From assembly GCA_002189035.1 (NCBI GenBank), contig NEEC01000041.1:62001-126000 (forward strand): a stretch of DNA of 64,000 nucleotides. Direction: 5' to 3'. Under the pieces are notes generated by a model. The model made no database searches and was not told the DNA's origin. It saw only the letters and a list, made by a program, of their open reading frames with translations. The stretch comes from Utricularia gibba (taxonomy: Eukaryota > Plantae > Magnoliophyta). The translations under genes and the position numbers were made by a program. Positions 37,044 through 49,000 of this stretch are shown in pieces (within the stretch, counting starts at the first letter, position 1; each line of letters starts with the position of its first letter).

Positions 37044-40000
37044 ATGGGTGTGTCCCTAGCCACAACCTCATGGTGGCCTCGTGCACTCTTCGGTATCGAG
37101 TGGATATCTTGCAAATGGTGATGAGTCATGTTGCACAGCATACCGTTTCGAAGCTCGTTCCGAGCCGGTCTACTTTCGTGTTGAGAACTTGTTCGTCCGA
37201 GGAGGCACAAATGCTCGAAAGATTGCCTTATATTAGCCTTAGATGTGCAACGAAGTGGCCACCACGTTCGCGACGATGCGACTCGGGACACCCGACTCGA
37301 TGCGAATGTGATTTTCGGCATGCAAGACATATGTATTTCATGGGACGATGTGAAATTTGGATTTCGAGATGATCATTTAAGATGCCATGGGTGTGTCCCT
37401 AGCCACAACCTCATGGTGGCCTCGTGCACTCTTCGGTATCGAGTGGATATCTTGCAAATGGTGATGAGTCATGTTGCACATAGCATACCGTTTCGAAGCT
37501 CGTTCCGAGCCGGTCTACTTTCGTGTTGAGAACTTGTTCGTCCGAGGAGGCACAAATGCTCGAAAGATTGCCTTATATTAGCCTTAAGATGTGCAACGAA
37601 GTGGCCACAACGTTCGCGACGATGCGACTCGGGACCCGACTCGATGCGAATGTGATTTTCGGCATGCAAGACATATGTATTTCATGGGACGATGTGAATA
37701 TTTGGATTTCGAGATGATCATTTAAGATGCCATGGGTGTGTCCCACATATGCATTTCACAACCTCATGTGTGGCCTCGTGCTTGGATCGGTATCGAGATG
37801 GATCATCTTGCAAATGGTGGGAGTGTCATGTTGCAGCCACAACCTCATGGTGGCCTCGTGCACTCTTCGGTATCGAGTGGATATCTTGCAAACGGTGATG
37901 AGTCATGTTGCACATATCATACCGTTTCGAAGCTCGTTCCGAGCCGGTCTTCTTTCGTGTTGAGAACTTGTTCGTCCGAGGAGGCACAAATGCTCGAAAG
38001 ATTGCCTTATATTAGCCTTAGATGTGCAACGAAGTGGCCACAACGTTCGCGACGATGCGACTCGGGACACCCGACTCGATGCGAATGTGATTTTCGGCAT
38101 GCAAGACATATGTATTTCATGGGACGATGTGAATATTTGGATTTCGAGATGATCATTTAAGATGCCATGGGTGTGTCCCTAGCCACAACCTCATGGTGGC
38201 CTCGTGCACTCTTCGGTATCGAGTGGATATCTTGCAAACGGTGATGAGTCATGTTGCACATAGCATACCGTTTCGAAGCTCGTTCCGAGCCGGTCTTCTT
38301 TCGTGTTGAGAACTTGTTCGTCCGAGGAGGCACAAATGCTCGAAAGATTGCCTTATATTAGCCTTAGATGTGCAACGAAGTGGCCACAACGTTCGCGACG
38401 ATGCGACTCGGGACACCGACTCGATGCGAATGTGATTTTCGGCATGCAAGACATATTTATTTCATGGGACGATGTGAAATTTGGATTTCGAGATGATCAT
38501 TTAAGATGCCATGGGTGTGTCCCTAGCCACAACTCATGGTGGCCTCGTGCACTCTTCGGTATCGAGTGGATATCTTGCAAATGGTGATGAGTCATGTTGC
38601 ACATAGCATACCGTTTCGAAGCTCGTTCCGAGCGGTCTCTTTCGTGTTGAGAACTTGTTCGTCCGAGGAGGCACAAATGCTCGAAAGATTGCCTTATATT
38701 AGCCTTAGATGTGCAACGAAGTGGCCACCACGTTCGCGACGATGCGACTCGGGACACCCGACTCGATGCGAATGTGATTTTCGGCATGCAAGACATATGT
38801 ATTTCATGGGACGATGTGAATATTTGGATTCGAGATGATCATTTAAGATGCCATGGGTGTGTCCCTAGCCACAACCTCATGGTGGCCTCGTGCACTCTTC
38901 GGTATCGAGTGGATATCTTGCAAATGGTGATGAGTCATGTTGCACATAGCATACCGTTTCGAAGCTCGTTCCGAGCCGGTCTTCTTTCGTGTTGAGAACT
39001 TGTTCGTCCGAGGAGGCACAAATGCTCGAAAGATTGCCTTATATTAGCCTTAAGATGTGCAACGAAGTGGCCACCACGTTCGCGACGATGCGACTCGGGA
39101 CACCCGACTCGATGCGAATGTGATTTTCGGCATGCAAGACATATGTATTTCATGGGACGATGTGAATATTTGGATTTCGAGATGATCATTTAAGATGCCA
39201 TGGGTGTGTCCCTAGCCACAACCTCATGGTGGCCTCGTGCACTCTTCGGTATCGAGTGGATATCTTGCAAATGGTGATGAGTCATGTTGCACATAGCATA
39301 CCGTTTCGAAGCTCGTTCCGAGCCGGTCTTCTTTCGTGTTGAGAACTTGTTCGTCCGAGGAGGCACAAATGCTCGAAAGATTGCCTTATATTAGCCTTCA
39401 GATGTGCAACGAAGTGGCCACCACGTTGCGACGATGCGACTCGGGACACCGACTCGATGCGAATGTGATTTTCGGCATGCAAGACATATGTATTTCATGG
39501 GACGATGTCGAGATGATCATTTAAGATGCCATGGGTGTGTGCGACATGTTGCGGGACACTTGTTCGTCCGAGGAGGCACAAATGCTCGAAAGATTGCCTT
39601 ATATTAGCCTTCAGATGTGCAACGAAGTGGCCACCAACGATTCGCGACGATGCGACTCGGGACATCGCGAATGTGACATAAGACATGTATTTCATGGGAC
39701 GATGTGAAATTTGGATTTCGAGATGATCATTTAAGATGCCATGGGTGTGTCCCTAGCCACAACCTCATGGTGGCCTCGTGCACTCTTCGGTATCGAGTGG
39801 ATATCTTGCAAACGGTGATGAGTCATGTTGCACATAGCATACCGTTTCGAAGCTCGTTCCGAGCCGGTCTTCTTTCGTGTTGAGAACTTGTTCGTCCGAG
39901 GAGGCACAAATGCTCGAAAGATTGCCTTATATTAGCCTTAAGATGTGCAACGAAGTGGCCACCACGTTCGCGACGATGCGACTCGGGACACCCGACTCGA

Positions 40001-43000
40001 TGCGAATGTGATTTTCGGCATGCAAGACATATGTATTTCATGGGACGATGTGAAATTTGGATTTCGAGATGATCATTTAAGATGCCATGGGTGTGTCCCT
40101 AGCCACAACCTCATGGTGGCCTCGTGCACTCTTCGGTATCGAGTGGATATCTTGCAAATGGTGATGAGTCATGTTGCACATAGCATACCGTTTCGAAGCT
40201 CGTTCCGAGCCGGTCTTCTTTCGTGTTGAGAACTTGTTCGTCCGAGGAGGCACAAATGCTCGAAAGATTGCCTTATATTAGCCTTCAGATGTGCAACGAA
40301 GTGGCCACACACGTTCGCGACGATGCGACTCGGGACTCCGACTCGATGCGAATGTGATTTTCGGCATGCAAGACATATGTATTTCATGGGACGATGTGAA
40401 TATTTTGGATTTCGAGATGATCATTTAAGATGCCATGGGTGTGTCCCTAGCCACAACCTCATGGTGGCCTCGTGCACTCTTCGGTATTTTCGAGTGGATA
40501 TCTTGCAAATGGTGATGAGTCATGTTGCACATAGCGTTTCCGAGCCGGTCTCTTCGTGCCGAGAACTCTTGCTCGTTGTTGAGAAACTTTCGTTCGTCGA
40601 TGCGAATGTGATTTTTCATGGACACAACGATGCTCGAAAGCCATCATGCCTTGCATATCGAGTGGATATCTTGCAAATGGTGATGAGTCATGTTGCACAT
40701 AGCATACCGTTTCGAAGCTCGTTCCGAGCCGGTCTTCTTTCGTGTTGACTTGAAGTCGAAAGATTGCCATATTAGCCACGTGGCCACCGTTCGCGCGACG
40801 ATGCGACTCGGGACACCCCGACGATGCGATGCGGCATGCAAGACATATGTATTTCATGGGACGATGTGAAATTCGAGCATGATGCCAAGACATATCGTGT
40901 TTCATGAACTTGTGTGAAATATTTGAGGATTTCGAGAACATGCTCGAAAGATTGCCTTATATTAGCCTTAAGATGTGCAACGAAGTGGCCACCACGTTCG
41001 CGACGATGCGACTCGGGACACCCGACTCGATGCGAATGTGATTTTCGGCATGCAAGACATATTTATTTCATGGGACGATGTGAAATTTGATTTCGAGATG
41101 ATCATTTAAGATGCCATGGTGTGTCCCTAGCCACAACCTCATGGTGGCCTCGTGCACTCTTCGGTATCGAGTGGATATCTTGCAAATGGTGATGAGTCAT
41201 GTTGCACATAGCATACCGTTTCGAAGCTCGTTCCGAGCCGGTCTTCTTTCGTGTTGAGAACTTGTTCGTCCGAGGAGGCACAAATGCTCGAAAGATTGCC
41301 TTATATTAGCCTTAAGATGTGCAACGAAGTGGCCACCACGTTCGCGACGATGCGACTCGGGACACCCGACTCGATGCGAATGTGATTTTCGGCATGCAAG
41401 ACATATGTATTTCATGGGACGATGTGAATATTTGGATTTCGAGATGATCATTTAAGATGCCATGGGTGTGTCCCTAGCCACAACCTCATGGTGGCCTCGT
41501 GCACTCTTCGGTATCGAGTGGATATCTTGCAAACGGTGATGAGTCATGTTGCACATAGCATACCGTTTCGAAGCTCGTTCCGAGCCGGTCTTCTTTCGTG
41601 TTGAGAACTTGTTCGTCCGAGGAGGCACAAATGCTCGAAAGATTGCCTTATATTAGCCTTAAGATGTGCAACGAAGTGGCCACACGTTCGCGACGATGCG
41701 ACTCGGGACACCCGACTCGATGCGAATGTGATTTTCGGCATGCAAGACATATGTATTTCATGGGACGATGTGAATATTTGGATTTCGAGATGATCATTTA
41801 AGATGCCATGGGTGTGTCCCTAGCCACAACCTCATGGTGGCCTCGTGCACTCTTCGGTATCGAGTGGATATCTTGCAAATGGTGATGAGTCATGTTGCAC
41901 ATAGCATACCGTTTCGAAGCTCGTTCCGAGCCGGTCTTCTTTCGTGTTGAGAACTTGTTCGTCCGAGGAGGCACAAATGCTCGAAAGATTGCCTTATATT
42001 AGCCTTAAGATGTGCAACGAAGTGGCCACCACGTTCGCGACGATGCGACTCGGGACACCCGACTCGATGCGAATGTGATTTTCGGCATGCAAGACATATG
42101 TATTTCATGGGACGATGTGAATATTTGGATTTCGAGATGATCATTTAAGATGCCATGGGTGTGTCCCTAGCCACAACCTCATGGTGGCCTCGTGCACTCT
42201 TCGGTATCGAGTGGATATCTTGCAAATGGTGATGAGTCATGTTGCACATAGCATACCGTTTCGAAGCTCGTTCCGAGCCGGTTTCTTTCGTGTTGAGAAC
42301 TTGTTCGTCCGAGGAGGCACAAATGCTCGAAAGATTGCCTTATATTAGCCTTAGATGTGCAACGAAGTGGCCACCACGTTCGCGACGATGCGACTCGGGA
42401 CACCCGACTCGATGCGAATGTGATTTTCGGCATGCAAGACATATGTATTTCATGGGACGATGTGAAATTTGATTTCGAGATGATCATTTAAGATGCCATG
42501 GGTGTGTCCCTAGCCACAACCTCATGGTGGCCTCGTGCACTCTTCGGTATCGAGTGGATATCTTGCAAATGGTGATGAGTCATGTTGCACATAGCATACC
42601 GTTTCGAAGCTCGTTCCGAGCCGGTCTTCTTTCGTGTTGAGAACTTGTTCGTCCGAGGAGGCACAAATGCTCGAAAGATTGCCTTATATTAGCCTTAAGA
42701 TGTGCAACGAAGTGGCCACCACGTTCGCGACGATGCGACTCGGGACACCCGACTCGATGCGAATGTGATTTTCGGCATGCAAGACATATGTATTTCATGG
42801 GACGATGTGAATATTTGGATTTCGAGATGATCATTTAAGATGCCATGGGTGTGTCCCTAGCCACAACCTCATGGTGGCCTCGTGCACTCTTCGGTATCGA
42901 GTGGATATCTTGCAAATGGTGATGAGTCATGTTGCACATAGCATACCGTTTCGAAGCTCGTTCCGAGCCGGTCTCTTTCGTGTTGAGAACTTGTTCGTCC

Positions 43001-46000
43001 GAGGAGGCACAAATGCTCGAAAGATTGCCTTATATTAGCCTTCAGATGTGCAACGAAGTGGCCACACGTTCGCGACGATGCGACTCGGGACACCGACTCG
43101 ATGCGAATGTGATTTTCGGCATGCAAGACATATGTATTTCATGGGACGATGTGAAATTTGGATTTCGAGATGATCATTTAAGATGCCATGGGTGTGTCCC
43201 TAGCCACAACCTCATGGTGGCCTCGTGCACTCTTCGGTATCGAGTGGATATCTTGCAAATGGTGATGAGTCATGTTGCACATAGCATACCGTTTCGAAGC
43301 TCGTTCCGAGCCGGTCTCTTTCGTGTTGAGAACTTGTTCGTCCGAGGAGGCACAAATGCTCGAAAGATTGCCTTATATTAGCCTTCAGATGTGCAACGAA
43401 GTGGCCACCACGTTCGCGACGATGCGACTCGGGACACCCGACTCGATGCGAATGTGATTTTCGGCATGCAAGACATATGTATTTCATGGGACGATGTGAA
43501 TATTTGGATTTCGAGATGATCATTTAAGATGCCATGGGTGTGTCCCTAGCCACAACCTCATGGTGGCCTCGTGCACTCTTCGGTATCGAGTGGATATCTT
43601 GCAAATGGTGATGAGTCATGTTGCACATAGCATACCGTTTCGAAGCTCGTTCCGAGCCGGTCTTCTTTCGTGTTGAGAACTTGTTCGTCCGAGGAGGCAC
43701 AAATGCTCGAAAGATTGCCTTATATTAGCCTTAGATGTGCAACGAAGTGGCCACCACGTTCGCGACGATGCGACTCGGGACACCCGACTCGATGCGAATG
43801 TGATTTTCGGCATGCAAGACATATGTATTTCATGGGACGATGTGAATATTTGGATCGATTTCGAGATGATCATTTATCTTGCAGATGCCATGGGTGTTCC
43901 GTCCCTAGCCACAACCTCATGGTGGCCTCGTGCGACTCTTCGGTATCGAGTGGATATCTTGCAAATGGTGATGAGTCATGTTGCACATAGCATACCGTTT
44001 CGAAGCTCGTTCCGAGCCGGTCTTCTTTCGTGTTGAGAACTTGTTCGTCCGAGGAGGCACAAATGCTCGAAAGATTGCCTTATATTAGCCTTAAGATGTG
44101 CAACGAAGTGGCCACCACGTTCGCGACGATGCGACTCGGGACACCCGACTCGATGCGAATGTGATTTTCGGCATGCAAGACATATGTATTTCATGGGACG
44201 ATGTGAAATTTTGGATTTCGAGATGATCATTTAAGATGCCATGGGTGTGTCCCTAGCCACAACCTCATGGTGGCCTCGTGCACTCTTCGGTATCGAGTGG
44301 ATATCTTGCAAATGGTGATGAGTCATGTTGCACATAGCATACCGTTTCGAAGCTCGTTCCGAGCCGGTCTTCTTTCGTGTTGAGAACTTGTTCGTCCGAG
44401 GAGGCACAAATGCTCGAAAGATTGCCTTATATTAGCCTTCAGATGTGCAACGAAGTGGCCACCACGTTCGCGACGATGCGACTCGGGACACCCGACTCGA
44501 TGCGAATGTGATTTTCGGCATGCAAGACATATGTATTTCATGGGACGATGTGAAATTTGGATTTCGAGATGATCATTTAAGATGCCATGGGTGTGTCCCT
44601 AGCCACAACCTCATGGTGGCCTCGTGCACTCTTCGGTATCGAGTGGATATCTTGCAAATGGTGATGAGTCATGTTGCACATAGCATACCGTTTCGAAGCT
44701 CGTTCCGAGCCGGTCTTCTTTCGTGTTGAGAACTTGTTCGTCCGAGGAGGCACAAATGCTCGAAAGATTGCCTTATATTAGCCTTAAGATGTGCAACGAA
44801 GTGGCCACCACGTTCGCGACGATGCGACTCGGGACACCCGACTCGATGCGAATGTGATTTTCGGCATGCAAGACATATGTATTTCATGGGACGATGTGAA
44901 ATTTGGATTTCGAGATGATCATTTAAGATGCCATGGGTGTGTCCTAGCCACAACCTCATGGTGGCCTCGTGCACTCTTCGGTATCGAGTGGATATCTTGC
45001 AAATGGTGATGAGTCATGTTGCACATAGCATACCGTTTCGAAGCTCGTTCCGAGCCGGTCTTCTTTCGTGTTGAGAACTTGTTCGTCCGAGGAGGCACAA
45101 ATGCTCGAAAGATTGCCTTATATTAGCCTTCAGATGTGCAACGAAGTGGCCACCACGTTCGCGAACGAAGACTCGGGACAGTCATGCGATGCGACGATTA
45201 GCCGGACATCGAGCTTGCGATGAGTCCGAGCCGGTGTGTTCGTGTTGCTTTGCGCCTTGTGCATGGCGTTCGCGACGATAGTATGCCATGGACATATGTG
45301 TGTGAATATTTTTTTCGAGATGATCATTTAAGATGCCATGTGTGTCCCTAGCCACAACCTCATGGTGGCCTCGTGCACTCTTCGGTATCGAGTGGATATC
45401 TTGCAAATGGTGATGAGTCATGTTGCACATAGCATACCGTTTCGAAGCTCGTTCCGAGCCGGTCTTCTTTCGTGTTGAGAACTTGTTCGTCCGAGGAGGC
45501 ACAAATGCTCGAAAGATTGCCTTATATTAGCCTTCAGATGTGCAACGAAGTGGCCACCACGTTCGCGACGATGCGACTCGGGACACCCGACTCGATGCGA
45601 ATGTATTTCATGGGACGATGTGAAATTTTTTCTGATCATTTCGAGAGAATTTGTGATGAAACGGAAGGTTCCGAGACATGCTCGAAAGATTGCCTTATAT
45701 TAGCCTTAGATGTGCAACGAAGTGGCCACCACGTTCGCGACGATGCGACTCGGGACACCCGACTCGATGCGAATGTGATTTTCGGCATGCAAGACATGTA
45801 TTTCATGGGACGATGTGAATATTTGGATTTCGAGATGATCATTTAAGATGCCATGGGTGTGTCCCTAGCCACAACCTCATGGTGGCCTCGTGCACTCTTC
45901 GGTATCGAGTGGATATCTTGCAAACGGTGATGAGTCATGTTGCACATATCATACCGTTTCGAAGCTCGTTCCGAGCCGGTCTTCTTTCGTGTTGAGAACT

Positions 46001-49000
46001 TGTTCGTCCGAGGAGGCACAAATGCTCGAAAGATTGCCTTATATTAGCCTTAAGATGTGCAACGAAGTCCACCACGTTCGCGACGATGCGACTCGGGACA
46101 CCCGACTCGATGCGAATGTGATTTTCGGCATGCAAGACATATGTATTTCATGGGACGATGTGAATATTTGGATTTCGAGATGATCATTTAAGATGCCATG
46201 GGTGTGTCCCTAGCCACAACCTCATGGTGGCCTCGTGCACTCTTCGGTATCGAGTGGATATCTTGCAAATCGTTGCACATAGATACCGGAAGCTCGTTCC
46301 GAGCAGAACTTAGGAAGCTCGAAAGATTGCCTTATATTAGCCTTAAGATGTGCAACGAAGTGGCCACCACGTTCGCGACGATGCGACTCGGGACACCCGA
46401 CTCGATGCGAATGTGATTTTCGGCATGCAAGACATATGTATTTCATGGGACGATGTGAATATTTGGATTTCGAGATGATCGATGCGAGCCATGACTCGGT
46501 ATCGAGTGGATATCAGGTGATGAGTCATGTTGCACATGAAGCTCGTTCCGAAGAACCATGCTCTTGCCTTATATTAGCCTTAAGATGTGCAACGAAGTGG
46601 CCACCACGTTCGCGACGATGCGACTCGGGACACCCGACTCGATGCGAATGTGATTTTCGGCATGCAAGACATATGTATTTCATGGGACGATGTGAAATTT
46701 GGATTTCGAGATGATCATTTAAGATGCCATGGGTGTGTCCCTATCATGGTGACTCGGTAGAGTGCCAAATGGTGTCATGTTGCACATAGCATACCGTTTC
46801 GAAGCTCGTTCCGAGCCGGTCTAAGAACTTGTTCGTCCGAGGAGGCACAAATGCTCGAAAGATTGGCCTTAAGATGTGCGAAGTGGCCACTTCGCGACGA
46901 TGCGACTCGGGACACCCGACTCGATGCGAATGTGATTTTCGGCATGCAAGACATATGTATTTCATGGGACGATGTGAAATTTGGATTTCGAGATGATCAT
47001 TTAAGATGCCATGAGCCTCATGACTCTTCGGTATCGTGCTTGCAAACGGTGATGAGTCATGTTGCACATATCATACCGTTTCGAAGCTCGTTCCGAGCCG
47101 GTCTTCTTTGTTGAGAACTTGTTCGTCCGAGGAGGCACAAATGCTCGAAAGATTGCCTTATATTAGCCTTAAGATGTGCAACGAAGTGGCCACCACGTTC
47201 GCGACGATGCGACTCGGGACACCGACTCGATGCGAATGTGATTTTCGGCATGCAAGACATATGTATTTCATGGGACGATGTGAAATTTGGATTTCGAGAT
47301 GATCATTTAAGATGCCATGGGTGTGTCCCTAGCCACAACCTCATGGTGGCCTCGTGCACTCTTCGGTATCGAGTGGATATCTTGCAAACGGTGATGAGTC
47401 ATGTTGCACATAGCATACCGTTTCGAAGCTCGTTCCGAGCCGGTCTTCTTTCGTGTTGAGAACTTGTTCGTCCGAGGAGGCACAAATGCTCGAAAGATTG
47501 CCTTATATTAGCCTTAAGATGTGCAACGAAGTGGCCACAACGTTCGCGACGATGCGACTCGGGACACCCGACTCGATGCTGATTATGTGACGATGCGCAT
47601 GATGCCAATCATGGTACTCTTCGGGACGATGTGAATACCGATTTCGAGAGAACTGATCATTTAAGATGCATGGGTGTGTCCCTATGCCATGCAACCTCAT
47701 GTGAAATTTGGAGATGATCATTTAAGATGCCATGGGTGTGTCCCTAGCCACAACCTCATGGTGGCCTCGTGCACTCTTCGGTATCGAGTGGATATCTTGC
47801 AAACGGTGATGAGTCATGTTGCACATAATACCGTTTCGAAGCTCGTTCCGAGCCGGTCTTCTTTCGTGTTGAGAACTTGTTCGTCCGAGGAGGCACAAAT
47901 GCTCGAAAGATTGCCTTATATTAGCCTTAAGATGTGCAACGAAGTGGCCACCACGTTCGCGACGATGCGACTCGGGACACCCGACTCGATGCGAATGTGA
48001 TTTTCGGCATGCAAGACATATGTATTTCATGGGACGATGTGAAATATTTCGAGATGATCATTTAAGATGCCATGGGTGTGTCCCTAGCCACAACCTCATG
48101 GTGGCCTCGTGCACTCTTCGGTATCGAGTGGATATCTTGCAAACGGTGATGAGTCCACATAGCATAAGAGGCGTCTGCTCGAAAGATTGCCTTATATTAG
48201 CCTTCCGAAGTGGCCACCACGTTCGCGACGATGCGACTCGGGACACCGACTCGATGCGAATGTGATTTTCGGCATGCAAGACATATGTATTTCATGGGAC
48301 GATGTCGCGATGGAGGCACATCGAATGCACATGTTGCACATAGCATACCGTTTCGAAGCTCGTTCCGAGCCGGTCTCTTTCGTGTTGAGAACTTGTTCGT
48401 CCGAGGAGGCACAAATGCTCGAAAGATTGCCTTATATTAGCCTTAAGATGTGCAACGAAGTGGCCACCACGTTCGCGACGATGCGACTCGGGACACCCGA
48501 CTCGATGCGAATGTGATTTTCGGCATGCAAGACATATGTATTTCATGGGACGATGTGAAATTTGGATTTCGAGATGATCATTTAAGATGCCATGGGTGTG
48601 TCCCTAGCCACAACCTCATGGTGGCCTCGTGCACTCTTCGGTATCGAGTGGATATCTTGCAAATGGTGATGAGTCATGTTGCACATAGCATACCGTTTCG
48701 AAGCTCGTTCCGAGCCGGTCTTCTTTCGTGTTGAGAACTTGTTCGTCCGAGGAGGCACAAATGCTCGAAAGATTGCCTTATATTAGCCTTAAGATGTGCA
48801 ACGAAGTGGCCACCACGTTCGCGACGATGCGACTCGGGACACCCGACTCGATGCGAATGTGATTTTCGGCATGCAAGACATATGTATTTCATGGGACGAT
48901 GTGAATTTTGGATTTCGAGATGATCATTTAAGATGCCATGGGTGTGTCCCTAGCCACAACCTCATGGTGGCCTCGTGCACTCTTCGGTATCGTCTTGCAA

